Source: Tegillarca granosa (Eukaryota). From it: DNA of 54,997 nt. Shown one piece after another: positions 25,387 to 37,941 of this stretch. The position numbers and the translations under genes are program-made. The notes beneath the pieces are model-generated. The model saw only the letters and a program-made list of their open reading frames with translations, had not been told where the DNA came from and searched no databases. Position 1 is the stretch's first letter. Each line of letters opens with the position of its first letter. The stretch covers positions 16,256,058 through 16,311,054 of the forward strand of contig CM056596.1 of NCBI GenBank assembly GCA_029721355.1, read 5' to 3'.

Positions 25387-26212
25387 CTGTAACAAATATG
25401 AATATGAAAAAGATGATTGGCTGAAATAAGCCATGTTGCCAATTTTAATGTAAAATGCATCAGAAGACACTGAGATTTAATTGCAAAGGTCTATTTATGC
25501 TGTATAAGAAAGAGTTTACAGGATAAACATAAAGTGTACATCAAAATATTGGATAGTGTTTAACATACAAAGTCTTACATAAATATCCAATTCCAGTGTC
25601 AAAGTGAAAATTTCATGATAAAGGAAACTTATCAGATGGAATAAATTAGACCTCCTGCACATCTAGTCATGTAAAGACTTGATTGGAAAGAAGGTGTTTT
25701 ACCACTCATTAAAGATTCTTTCCTAAATTGAGGTGGGCAGTTTTTGATTGGTGGTGGAAAAAGAGTTCCCAGAGAAAACCACAATCCATCAACAAGCAAA
25801 CTGACAAACCTTCCTACACTAGTATCTGCCTTAATTGGATTCCAACCTAGGTACTGTGATCCATAACCTTAGACCTCTCTGGTCCAGTAAAGTCTGACCG
25901 AAACATGGATGACAATGCAGATGCTCAGACTAAAACCAGCTCTTCTGACCAATTAAAGGTAGGCTAAACATCCAGACTGTTTTTCTATTTGCACAGAGCA
26001 TACTGGCACTTGCTAATTCTGAAGGAACTAAAAGTAATGTCAGAAACTTACAACTGATCTGATCCATTGATCTTATCATGATTTACTGGTTTCCTTAATC
26101 TTAAAAAGTATGATAAGAAGTTTGTGATTAAATTCCACTATGTAAGAACAAACCTGGTCAAAATGAAATAAAGAGAATAATAATAATGATAATCTATTTC
26201 AAAGGTACATAC

Positions 26213-26293
26213 CTGGCTTTGTGGACCAGCTGTTGCTATGGCAGCCAAAGTGTCAGACCCAATTGCTTGTACCATATCATTGAATTTATTTGT
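26213..26293 (-). CDS. MVP: MVP exon 24: TNKFNDMVQAIGSDTLAAIATAGPQSQ
   Basis: Matches MVP [26 protein letters not shown]. Acceptor is TTTCAG and donor is GTATGT. Confidence 0.8.
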
Positions 26294-27075
26294 CTGAAAT
26301 AATAAATAGAAACAACAATCACAATTAATTTATTTTGGGGTTAATCCTTTTATCCCTAAACTTAATAATGAAACATTCTTGATGTTGAACTGGGTTGTAC
26401 CAATGGTCCAGAGAGAATAAGAACTTAATACACATCTGTACATCAAAACTGCTTCTGTAGGTAATGCAAAATCAAGTCTAATTGCTTAAACTCTAGAGAA
26501 TGCAATTTTCATGTTTTCTTTTTATTTATGACATCACATGGGTATGGCCTGTTACCTGGTGAAACCAGCTATCATTTATGTGAACTATTGTTTCCACTTA
26601 TATCAGAAAACATCAATGCCTATATGTTCCAAAAATAAATAATTTTATATTAGGTATTCAATAATCATTTGGAATGATAAACAAGTAGTTCAGCATATAC
26701 CAGTAGCTTTCACATATTTTACAAAGACAATAAAGTCACATACATGTAATTAAGGTCTTCATAGAGAAGTATATACATTAATAGAGCCCTATTTAGCCCA
26801 CTGAAGTAAATGATATTTATATAATTTATTATTAAATTACCGTAAATTAAATGATATCAAAATAATTTATAATATGGTCAAAAGTGTACATCAGTGCATT
26901 TTCTTCATAATATATAACAAAATGAGTTATGATTTTGTAGTCCAAACAAGGCCCTTATCAAGTTAACTCTTTCAAACATTATTTTGTATTTTTTCCTGAA
27001 GTTTAAACTGCAAAAGTTCATAATCACAAATTATATAATCTAAGAATCAAAATAGCTGCAAATAAGTTGCCCTAC

Positions 27076-27156
27076 CTCTATATCTGCTATTCCTTTTTCC
27101 TTAGAGATTTCTAATTCATCTTGAGCTCTGATATATTCAAGTTCCTTTGTTCTCAT
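27076..27156 (-). CDS. MVP: MVP exon 23: MRTKELEYIRAQDELEISKEKGIADIE
   Basis: Matches MVP [28 protein letters not shown]. Acceptor is TTTGTAG and donor is GTAGGG. Confidence 0.75.
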
Positions 27157-27574
27157 CTACAAATATAAGTAATGCATGGCAAAATTTAGTCCATAAATGC
27201 TGAAAATTTAAACCTGAACAAAATTGGAACAAGCATGATAAAAAAGGAAACTTTCATTTGCATGAATTTTGTGAGTTCCAAGGGTCATAACTCTGTACAA
27301 AATCATCAGACTGAACAAAAACAAAACTTGATCTGTACCTTTACTGTAAAGATATACAAAATATCAAACAAATATCTTCAAGCAGGATAGGGAAAAAACT
27401 GCAGAAAAATGATTATAACACAAATTTTCTCTAAGAAGTAAAATACTGACATGCAGAAATTTTTTTTAATTTAAGCAAAATGGAGCTTGTTTTGATACAA
27501 ATGAATACAAACAAGACTTGCCTCATGCTGAGTTTCTAGTTTAGCACAGTGTTTTATTTTTTATGCTTACTTAC

Positions 27575-27639
27575 CTCATCCTGTGTTTCTAGTTTGGCAT
27601 AGTGTTCTATTTCCTCTGCTTCAGCTTTGAGTCTTGCAG
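27575..27639 (-). CDS. MVP: MVP exon 22: (A)ARLKAEAEEIEHYAKLETQDE
   Basis: Matches MVP [27 protein letters not shown]. Donor is GTAAGT. Confidence 0.7.
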
Positions 27640-28441
27640 CTGAAAAAAACAACAGACAAAATACACTGTGTGACAAAATTATTTATGTATTGACCTTGTT
27701 CAGTCAAGGTAATTAAAGTGATAACACTCCAATACCTATTCAAGATAAACTGAACATGTTTATGATTAATTTGCCTGAAATAGATACTTAGTTTTTATGA
27801 CCATAACTACCCTAACTCAACAATTAAATGTTTATTCTTACAATTACATGGATCCAAACCAAATAATCACTGGTCATTTAAATTTTATATTTCAATTTTA
27901 TACATGAAAAATTATGTGCTAACACTATAGATGTAACAGTACAGTATTGTTTACAAAGTGATTCGAATACATTATCATATTAAGGACTGTCCTCAAGAGC
28001 AGGAAGTCACTGGTTCTAACCCCAGCTGGGCCTTTAAAAATTAAGAAATAACTTCCTCACCTGGCACTCGGCTTTAGGAGGATAAAGTATCTACTGGTAC
28101 TCCCAGTACCAATATAATGGTCTGGGCTAGTGGTGTTCTTGTATGTGGCATACTGATTTAGTGAGCTAGAACTTTACTAAAAAGATGCCTAGAGTGCATG
28201 CTAATACATGGTAGGCCATAATACACACAAGCAATTTAGGACAGATCCCAACACTCTGTGTTAGAAAGTTTGTCAGTTCACAAACAGATATCTGAATTTA
28301 ACAGGATTCAACTTTTCTCCACCATCCACAAACTGACTACTGCAATACAGATGAAGAATCTTGATTATGATTTAAAAAAAAACACATGACATGTTGGTCT
28401 ATTCCATTCTTAATCTCCTTCTACATAAATATTAATTTTAC

Positions 28442-28668
28442 CTTCAATTTCACTTTCACATTCTATCAGCATTCTTTCAGCCTGAGCTTGTGCCTCAGCC
28501 TTCGCTTGACCAGTGGACTCAACAGCAGCTGTTGTGGCTTGTAATTCTAACAGTTTTGTTCTCTCTTTTTCTGATTCCATCTCATTTAGTAATTTTTGTC
28601 TTTCCAGATTTCCTCTTGCTATTTGTTCATTCCTTTCAGCTTCATGTGATGCTGCTGCCTCAATTGAC
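28442..28668 (-). CDS. MVP: MVP exon 21: [75 protein letters not shown]
   Basis: Matches the MVP coiled-coil region [62 protein letters not shown]. Donor is GTAAAA. Confidence 0.85.
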
Positions 28669-28871
28669 CTATTTGAAAAAATAATGTTCAAATATGATCA
28701 AAATTTATTCTTAATTCAGACTTACAAGTCTTTGAAGTTAAGTTCAACCCGTCTTTAATGCAACAAACTACTCCAGATAAAAGATTCTCTTATACAGCAA
28801 TATTTTGATATTACAAAAGGAGTTGTCATGGGAGACTAAACAAAAACAGAAATAAATCTAGAACTTCCTAA

Positions 28872-29352
28872 ATTGTGACAAGGTGGCACAGTACCTGGAT
28901 TGTGACAAGGTGGTATAATTCCTGGATTGAGACAAGGTGCCATAATACCTGGATTTAGACCAGGTGGCATAGTACCAGGATTGTGAAAAGGTGGCATAGT
29001 ACCAGGATTGTGAAAAGGTGGCATAGTACCAGGATTGTGAAAAGGTGGCATAGTACCAGGATTGTGAAAAGGTGGCATAGAACCAGGATCGTGACAAGGC
29101 AGCATAATACCTGGATTGGGACAAGGTGGCATAGTACCAGGATTGTGAAAAAGGTGACATAGTACAAGAATTGTGAAAAGGTGGCATAGTACCAGGATTG
29201 TGAAAAGGTGGCATAGTACCTGAATTGTGACAAGGGTGTATAGTTACCTGAATTGTGACAAAGTAGCATAGTACATGAATTGAGACAAGGTAGCATAGTT
29301 TTAGAATTGTGAAAAGGTGGTATAGTTTCTGGATTGTGACAAAGCGGCATAG
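28872..29352. repeat. Minisatellite of about 16 units x 30 bp (AAAGGTGGCATAGTACCAGGATTGTGAAAA) in an MVP intron
   Basis: The repeat is head-to-tail with unit variants (GACAAGG/GAAAAGG). All three minus-strand frames are open, which is a consequence of the repeat composition. Confidence 0.9.
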
Positions 29353-29399
29353 TTTAAAATGGAAATTATACTATGTTTAATTGTTTTTCATACACTTAC

Positions 29400-29500
29400 T
29401 TAGTTGATATTTCTATAGCTAATTGTACTGATTTACTTAAACTGTCTCTCATTTTTACATCAGATGGCTCAATACTTTGTATATCTACACTGCTGATAAC
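29400..29500 (-). CDS. MVP: MVP exon 20: [33 protein letters not shown](K)
   Basis: Matches [38 protein letters not shown]. Acceptor is TTTTAG and donor is GTAAGT. Confidence 0.8.
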
Positions 29501-30477
29501 CTAAAAATACATTTGTAATGTAAATGAAAAAGCATATATGTGATTTAAAATAAAGCTCACAAACAAATTCCCAGGTGATATCAACCTAGATTTGAAGTAA
29601 CATACTTGTTCTGATCATATGTCAGTTTTGATTTTTTTAATTTTTGAATTATCGTTCTTTCTTGTTAATATCTTGTTATCTAATTACCGTTCTTGTTTTG
29701 TTCCCAAGTTTTTTTTACTCTGACTCGTGCTCGACGAGTCGTACGGACGTTTTCCATATTTGTGTTCCACAAATGTGCAACTACATGTACATGCATATAA
29801 AGTCTGAAAATTGTGTCAACGCACAGTGTAAGTTTTTATGCTTATTGTATTTAAATATTTTTTAAATAATTTTTTATTTTTCAATTAATATGAAATTAAT
29901 ATACATGACCAGAAAGTTATTAGTTACATAATGTAATGTGCATACCTTTATTTTCAAACTTCTCATTTATATATTTTGTGTTCCACACATGCAAATAGTT
30001 ACACGAGTATTATATTGGTTGTATTTTTATGCATATTTTACGTCTTATAAACATGTATTTGTAAACGCCATGGGCTATTTTGAGGGTCAGCCAAATTTGA
30101 CCTCTACTGGACATGCTACATTCACGGTTTAGCTATGCATATTAACGTATAGAATAGCTACCTTTTCTTTGGTGAACATAAACACTCCCATTAATGTCAA
30201 CGTTTTTATTTTACGAGAGTGCTTGTAAATTTATTTATTTATTTATTATGTTTTTGTAATTTTTTGTAGCATTTACCATATTATGGCACCTATTTTATGG
30301 AACAATAATAAACTTTAAATAAAGATAGCTGCTAGTTGGTTGTTACTTCTGCTAACAGGCAGAACAATACTGCTCAGTAAAATAAAAAGAATAGCTTTTA
30401 AAATCCCCTAATGACTGACAAAAACAACAAATTAATCTATAACACTTCCCTATTCATAATATCAAGGGGCATCAGAT

Positions 30478-30790
30478 TCGTGAAAACAAGCATTTGTGAG
30501 GCAAAGTACTACAAATTATCATGGAATTCAAGCATCCTTGGGACAAAGTACCAAGAATTATCATGACGTATGTGCACCTGTGGGAAACATTACTAAAAAT
30601 TGTCTTGGAATACAAACATCTGTGGGACATCGTACTAAAAACTATTATGGAATTCAGATATCTGTGACAAAAGACAAAAAGTCATTATGGAATACAAGCA
30701 TATATAAAATATATACTACAAATTATCTTGTGATACAAGAATCCGTGGGACAAAGTGCTAAAATTTATCCTTTAAGGAAAACCCCAAAAA
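30478..30790. repeat. Minisatellite of about 7 units x ~42-48 bp (CAAGCATCTGTGGGACAAAGTACTAAAAATTATCATGGAATA) in an MVP intron
   Basis: Diverged head-to-tail repeats; the ORF 30496-30846 reflects the repeat. Confidence 0.8.
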
Positions 30791-30943
30791 TGATTGTTAC
30801 AAAAATGTACTGGAGTCAAAATGAAATATTAGGTGTTTTAACTTAATCAAATAAATTCAAGACTCCAAGTAACATGAATAACAAAGCCAAGCCTTTTTGT
30901 GTGGTTCATAATCCTAATATATTAACAAAAGCAATATACTAAC

Positions 30944-31086
30944 CAGATTATTTGTTTCAAATTTCAATGATTCGTTTAGATTCTCATCTTCGTCCATTCC
31001 AAACACAGCCATCTGAATTATCTGAGCAGAATTTCTATGAAATTCATCAAATGGAATCTGAGCTATTGTGCCTCTTATTTTTCCAC
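30944..31086 (-). CDS. MVP: MVP exon 19: GKIRGTIAQIPFDEFHRNSAQIIQMAVFGMDEDENLNESLKFETNNL
   Basis: Matches MVP [33 protein letters not shown]. Acceptor is TTTTCAG and donor is GTTAGT. Confidence 0.8.
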
Positions 31087-31813
31087 CTGAAAATATATAC
31101 ATGTATATCCAGATTTATTGTAAATCTAGTTAAATTCAATACAGACACATGTGTCTGTAGATTTGTGTACTCATACCACTGGTTGTAACTCGTAACATAA
31201 GTGTTTGGATTGGGGTCCTCAAAAAATACAAATGTACTAAGACTCCTCCACTAGATACAATAATTATTGTATTGATCATTGAGTCTAGTTCCAGGCACAC
31301 AACAAGTAACTATTGGCTATCTATAGTTGCCACACCACCAGATACGATTTTGCCACTGTGTTTGGTGTCTATCTATAGCTTCCACAACACTTCACGACTC
31401 TGTGTGATGTCCATCTACAGTAGCCATTTGATTAAATCTGTGCCCATCTATGGTTTATAGTTATAGAATGTTTTGAAGTATTACAATGTTTTTTATTATC
31501 TTGCCTCTTTTTCTAACTTTTGTTGTGGTACGTTTTTGTTTGCTTATTGGCTTATTGTTGTTGTTGTTTAAAATCAAAAACCAGTTTACTGGGTCAAACC
31601 CATGTGGCTCATTTATGCACCTTAGCCTAGACAGATAACCCCTTACCAATTTTCAAAACCACTGGCCACTATTATCTCGAACTAAAAGAAAAACACATTA
31701 AAGCAATAAAATACTGACATTCATTGATATTGGTCAGTATAAATGCTTCATAAATTACTAAAAGTTAATCTCTCAGGTCTAAGTATTCACTTTTTTACAT
31801 AAAATTAGTATAC

Positions 31814-31892
31814 CTATTTGTCTGCAGGCGAAGCCAATAAAATCTGGTACAGAGAATATTTTTGTCTCACTTTCTGGATTACCAATTTCATA
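31814..31892 (-). CDS. MVP: MVP exon 18: YEIGNPESETKIFSVPDFIGFACRQI(G)
   Basis: Matches MVP [29 protein letters not shown]. Donor is GTATAC. Confidence 0.75.
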
Positions 31893-32634
31893 CTGAAAAA
31901 ATCACAAATGTAGTATATTTACAATTTCTTTTTTAGAATTGATTATATAGAAGTATTGAAGTTCCCCTTTCTTTTTTCTTATTCAGTCATCCAGTTATCA
32001 AAATTATAGCCAGGCTAATATCCCCATTCCCATAACTGTAACAAAAGATACCACAACTCAAGTTCAACACTGCATAACATGATGACAAATATCAATATGA
32101 ACTCAGGTGCACCTTTAGAAGCTTGAAGCTTTGATATGGTGTAGACACAGGTAATTGCAACTGATATACATACTGTAGACCTGGTTATTTCAGCAGGGGG
32201 AAATTTCTGCAACTGAGCAATCATGACAATTTGCAAGGGGTTGTTTTAGCAGTTTTATATTAAAATACAATGTATAGCTATTTTATCATTTAAAGAACAA
32301 AAAGTTTTTGTTAACAATCTTATTTTTCTTCTCCAGCTTTAAATTACAAGTCTAAGAAAACCATTAAGTGAATAGATATTTACTCTAAGACATTGGTGTC
32401 TGAATATGATTAAGTACAAATGATAATTTACAATAATTTAAAATACATGTTCCAAATTACAGTAAACGTTGCAAAAATACCTACATTTACAGTATTTAAA
32501 AGAAAAGGAAAAAGATCTTAATTACTTTTAAGACCTATAGACTATAATATAGGGTTGTGGTTCCTTATGACGGTATGTGTTTTAAGCCTATAGTGCTGTC
32601 TCTTGTTTCTTTCTGTTATTATTTGCAAACTTAC

Positions 32635-32694
32635 CTCAAAATGGTTATTAAAAGCTAACTGAATTCTAAGTCGAGCATGATCAGAAGTTTCCAC
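32635..32694 (-). CDS. MVP: MVP exon 17: VETSDHARLRIQLAFNNHFE
   Basis: Matches MVP ETADHARLQLQLAYNWHFE. Acceptor is TCTCAG and donor is GTAAGT. Confidence 0.85.
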
Positions 32695-33075
32695 CTGAGA
32701 TAGAAAAATATGATTATATGTATAAGTAGTCATTACATGATTCTATATTCCTGTTACAAAATATTTTCCACAAGTTGACAAATTTTATATTGAATTCACA
32801 AGATTTTTATTGTGATTCTTTTTTATAAAACAAGTAAAGAAAATCCCATGAGTGTGAATTTCAGACTCTTCCCTAAAAATATATAATGAGTTTATATATT
32901 ACATGAATAAATTGTGTAACAATGTGATAAACATAATAGATGTATATTTATACAGATATACCAGTAGTAGTGTAAATTACATGTTGTTACTTGATGCTGG
33001 TGGACTGTGAGAAAATCCCCCTACATTTTACACCAGTGAGTATTACCGTTAGTATATACATGTATAAGTACTTGC

Positions 33076-33155
33076 CTCTAGTATATCTGTTATAAAATCT
33101 GGACCTAACATCAGACACAATGATCTTAAAGCTCCAGCTACTTTAGGTTTACCAG
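33076..33155 (-). CDS. MVP: MVP exon 16: (A)GKPKVAGALRSLCLMLGPDFITDILE
   Basis: Matches MVP [28 protein letters not shown]. The donor appears to be GC (GCAAGT); no in-frame GT alternative was found. Confidence 0.7.
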
Positions 33156-33621
33156 CTGTAAAAAAAAAAATAAATTTGTGAAGATTTATCACTTTTTGGT
33201 TAATTGATACTGATAGATCTATTTCAACTGTTTCAGAACCTTCAGTTAAGTTCAGAAATGTCATTGTTTCATCACATTTGATAGAGAATGCTATTATTAT
33301 CTTGAAAGCTATTACTTGTAGCTCAATATTTTCACTCATGTAACCCTCAAACCTGTACCACTAGATCATGATTAATGAATTCAAGGGCTTTGCACCAAAC
33401 ACTGAACACACACATATATGTTGTTTTAAGTTGAAACTGTTACTACTTGAGACCTTCAGGCCCAAAGTTTTTGTTGGGTTACTATGAAATACATGTATAC
33501 CTGTGTTAACATATATATATTCTTGATAACTCTGGTTATTGCCAAGGGCATGACTGCTTAAGCAAAACTATCTAACACAAGAATAGAGTATAAAGTTTGT
33601 ATACTAGTTATTGTTACTTAC

Positions 33622-33718
33622 CACTTAAACTTAAAACATTAAAATTTTCATGAGGCCCCAACACTACTAAGTCTGGACCAAAAACTACTCTTGCAGTCTT
33701 GTCTAAATAATTGTAGAC
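33622..33718 (-). CDS. MVP: MVP exon 15: [32 protein letters not shown](A)
   Basis: Matches MVP [33 protein letters not shown]. Acceptor is TTTTAG and donor is GTAAGT. Confidence 0.85.
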
Positions 33719-34181
33719 CTAAAAATCATAATAATGCAAGTATTGTTAATTTAGTAAGCCAATAGACAATATTTAATTGTGTTATTTTAAAAAAAAGCCT
33801 TAGGTATTAAATTAGAAAATGCTTTGATTTGAAATCATAAAAATTGTATACAAAAAAATTTAAGTTGCAATGATTAATTCTTATTGGCTGAATGCACTCA
33901 GCCAATCAGCATGACCAAAGTCACTATTACATTATCCTTAAACAAGTTATCTTGAACAGAAAGGGCCAAAATGGCTGAATGAATAAGGCATTACTTTTCA
34001 AAACAAAGGTGTACAATAATTTTTCGTTGGAAATATACCTGGAAAAATGTTGATGCAACATAAAACAAAATGCAACCAGCTTATTCCCCAAACAGATCTA
34101 AGGTAACAGCACAATTGTGTAATCTACTGTTAGACCAAAATTTATTCTTTGAAGCCTAAAATTTCTAGCCATACTTCTTAC

Positions 34182-34238
34182 CTGCACTGCAGTGTTACTT
34201 GGACATCTGTAATTGACCACTCTGCTCTTAATTCTTCC
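34182..34238 (-). CDS. MVP: MVP exon 14: GRIKSRVVNYRCPSNTAVQ
   Basis: Matches MVP NKTRVVSYRVPHNAAVQ. Acceptor is TTACAG and donor is GTAAGA. Confidence 0.8.
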
Positions 34239-35625
34239 CTGTAACCATAAAATTTTTTTTAAATTATTCATTACAATAATGTTACTACAGTAAAACTTCG
34301 ATCGCTCGAACTTCGTTGCCTGGAATACCCCGGATAACTCGAAGTCATCTGTTGGTCCCAACCAATTTCCTTTTATATTCTATGTAAATAAACCTCGATG
34401 GCTCGAACTTCGTTAACTTGAATACCCCCGCTCACTCGAACAATAAATATTATTCAAAAGTATAAAGTTAGTCAAAATTCAACTTCTTTCGCTCGAATAC
34501 AGTTTTTGCCAGAAGGACATGTGGTCCTGGTCATTGTAAACAAAACACAAGCTGAAGCCATATTACAGATTTCATCAAAAGTAATAGAGTGGAATGAAAC
34601 GATTAATCTAGACAGTTACCTAAAATTAATTAATTATTAATTAACCTACTAAGAGAATGACGATATGCTCAGTTCTTTAATCTCTTAATCCGATTATGAC
34701 ATGTGGAAGTGTTTGATCGTTATTTTTAACACACCTCAGTCGCTCGTTCATTATGATTGCACATCAGGATTCTGTAATTTACATGCCCTTGGAATATGTA
34801 TAGTAATGTGTATTATCGTTGTTTCCCGTGATTAAAACGACCGGTAATGATTGTGTTTTGTATTGTTTTTCTTTAAAGTATTACATGTGCAAAAGAATAA
34901 AGTAAGTTTATTTTGTAGCATCACCTGTTGAAATTAAAATAAAGTGCCATATTCTAACCCCGTAGGCATATAACATCATACGGCAGATTGCAGGTCAACG
35001 TGTAATTTGAAATGAATTTTGTATTTTAATTGGGACATGTTATTCTTTTTTATTTACTTTTTTTAAAAATATTTCGTGATAAATAATGGATTTTTAATTT
35101 GGACTTTTCATGATTTTACCTTTTAGTTAATTTACATGTAAAACAAATTTAAAGATTTTTTAACGGTCGGTAAACATGAGAACGTGAACCTCCAATCATA
35201 TCTCGATGTTCGATCGCTTGAACCCCACGATGGCTCGAATATTTAGTCGAAGTCCCTTGGACTTAGAGCCATCAAAGTTCTACTGTATTTCTTTTGATAC
35301 ATCACTTGATTTTATTATGAATACTATTCCCTAAAATGAAAAAAATCTATAGGCACCAAGGTACACAAGCAGAGTTGCAAGAACATATTCTATACATTAG
35401 ATAAGTCCATGTCCCATAATTTCGTCAAAAAATCAGTTAACTGGAACCAAACTTAAACAGAAGATATCACACACAAGGTTGGTGAACCTTACAGGTTTTT
35501 GGATTTTACATACCAGTATTCTTTAAGTGACAGCCAGGGTAATGACTGCAAAATACCAACTAACACCTTACTGATCCATTACTACACACTCAACAAAGAA
35601 GATAGTAGTACTAAGACTATAATAC

Positions 35626-35710
35626 CTTAAGTATCTGTGGATCTATAGACTGTTCAAAATAAGCCATTTTTCTGATATCAGCTCCCCCAATTGATGTTCC
35701 TCCACCCTGT
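35626..35710 (-). CDS. MVP: MVP exon 13: (K)QGGGTSIGGADIRKMAYFEQSIDPQILK
   Basis: This region is divergent from vertebrate MVP (GQDPLADRGEKDTAKSLQPLAPR). Splice sites are canonical and the phase fits both flanking exons. Confidence 0.6.
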
Positions 35711-36236
35711 CTAAAATTATACAAAAAAAAAAAAGAAATTTAAAAATTCAGTTTTTGTATCCCCGAGTTTTTTAGGGCCTATAAATTGTCATGTGATCGT
35801 GTGAACAACATAAATGTGACATTATTTGAGTAAAAGAACAACAGGCATAGTTTAAAAGTGCATAAATAAGAGATAATATTTCCTTTGACATATATCATTG
35901 GGTATTTCTGAGTAAAAAGAGTTTTGAATTTAAGAAAAAAGATAGATATACTTTAATACTTATTGTAAAATGTAGGTGTTGTTCAACTAAAGATGATTTT
36001 ATTTATATCAAGATGTCTTCAGTAGCAATAAAGGTACAGAAATGTAAAATATGGATTCCCTTTATGCAAATAAACAAAGTTTTTATACTGCCATACTGAC
36101 AACAAATTAATGGCCCTCATCGATATGATAATTGAATTTTATGTAATTCTTATGTGATTTTAAGTTGACAAGACAAGCAAACCTGTCAGAAAAAACATGT
36201 TTTTAATATAAATGCTATGGTTTGATGATGTCTCAC

Positions 36237-36392
36237 TTCAGAAGTAACTCTGTTATTGCAGGTAGCTCCTTATCCCATAATTCTTCATTTTCTTCCAACA
36301 TGTATGACTGTGGTCCCATTTCTGCTCTGACAGTACCATTTCTTTTATCCTGTACATATATACCTTCATTTTTGCTCAATGGAATCTCTGAT
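36237..36392 (-). CDS. MVP: MVP exon 12: [51 protein letters not shown](K)
   Basis: Strong match to [53 protein letters not shown]. Donor is GTGAGA. Confidence 0.85.
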
Positions 36393-37178
36393 CTGTAAAA
36401 CAAAGTTATAGGTAACAATTTATGTACATGGTGTTTTACCAATGTCACATTGATAGTTTCATATAGGTGTGCATAGAATACAAAAACATAAGATAATTAA
36501 TCTCCAAACAGATGTTAATGCTCAAGCCACAAAGTATAGTATAATTCATTCTAAGACTGCAAAATTCTTGTTTAAAATAACTGATTTTCTATAGATACCA
36601 ATAAGTTATACATGTATGTATCTCAAAAATTCAAAAATGAATATTATTACATGCCTTGGTTTTCATATAAGTGTATATCAGTTATTCACTGACTGTTTTG
36701 TTTCAGTTTTAAACTTCAAACAAGATTTAAAATGTGACTGAGAGGAGTATAATAGCATTGTAAACCACAATCAAGCTTCTTTCACTTATATCTAGACAGT
36801 CAGATATAGGATAGAGGAGAAAACTGGAGCACCTGGAAAAATCACAGCAAGTGATCAGACTAACTTTCTAAAAATAAAATCTGCCTGAGAGGGACTGGAA
36901 CCTAGGCAGAGAGATGTTTTGATTAATTTGACTGAAAGACATGAAAACGAATGAATCTGCATGTATATGTACATGTATTACTAAAGATATGGTTTTCATT
37001 CACCTGACCTATAAGCAAATTTAATATTCACATGACATATATTTTTCTCTCTTTCAAAGCACCTTTTATGTTTAAAAGACTATTATTTATATTCAAAGTT
37101 TTATGATTAACTCTTAATAACAAAGTGGAAAAAATGATCTATGGTAATAACTAAACAAAACCAGAATATACAGTATAC

Positions 37179-37269
37179 CTTTTAATTACCACTTGGACCT
37201 GTATAGGTGGTATATACTCTGCTGGACCTTTAATCATCCATTTATCACCTGGTTTCCTTCTTACTTTAC
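37179..37269 (-). CDS. MVP: MVP exon 11: [29 protein letters not shown](R)
   Basis: Matches MVP [25 protein letters not shown]. Donor is GTATAC. Confidence 0.75.
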
Positions 37270-37941
37270 CTACAACATTAACAAATAGTTTTTATTGGTA
37301 CATTCTTGTATTCCTTTTTCTTAGCATGACACAAAACATGGAATTTGAAAAATTAAAATGATATCTTTAAAAAAAACAAGAAATTTCAGTAAGCATAATC
37401 AAAAGAGCCTTTGATAAAATTCTTAAATTTGCCCATGTGACCTTGACCTTTGATATAAATATATTAAATAGGATGCTGTTCATGATATGAAACCTTATGC
37501 TGGTACATAATTGTAAATATTTACAATCGTACTGAATTCTCTTCAGTAAACCCTTTGAGAGCAACTGAAGTTATTTCCCAATAACTTTGGTCGGGCACGT
37601 GCAACCTTTAACCCATGACGTCAGGACCTGTATCAGTGACGTATGAATGCGTCAAAAACGTTCTACTACAACATTGTTTACAAACAAAACCTTGCAGTGT
37701 CGATCAGCTGATCGCTATGTTTTTTGTTGCCTTTTTTCCGAAATCGCTAATTTATCAATCGGATTAGAATTTTTTTCAGAAATTAAATAAATTTTAGTGA
37801 TAAATGCAAAGGATCAATCAGTGTTTGTGTTCTTTTTATACAAGAAAACCAGGACCATGTCGGATTTTTTTTTTTTATAATAAAATTCATTACTAAGGAA
37901 ACCTCGTGTTTTATCGTAGAAATCTTAAAAGATTGTAAATA

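Noticed and set aside
28836-29350. Three overlapping minus-strand ORFs encoding Pro-rich repeats
   Set aside because: They are generated by a 30-bp minisatellite whose composition avoids stops in every frame. MVP exons splice around the array, so it is intronic.
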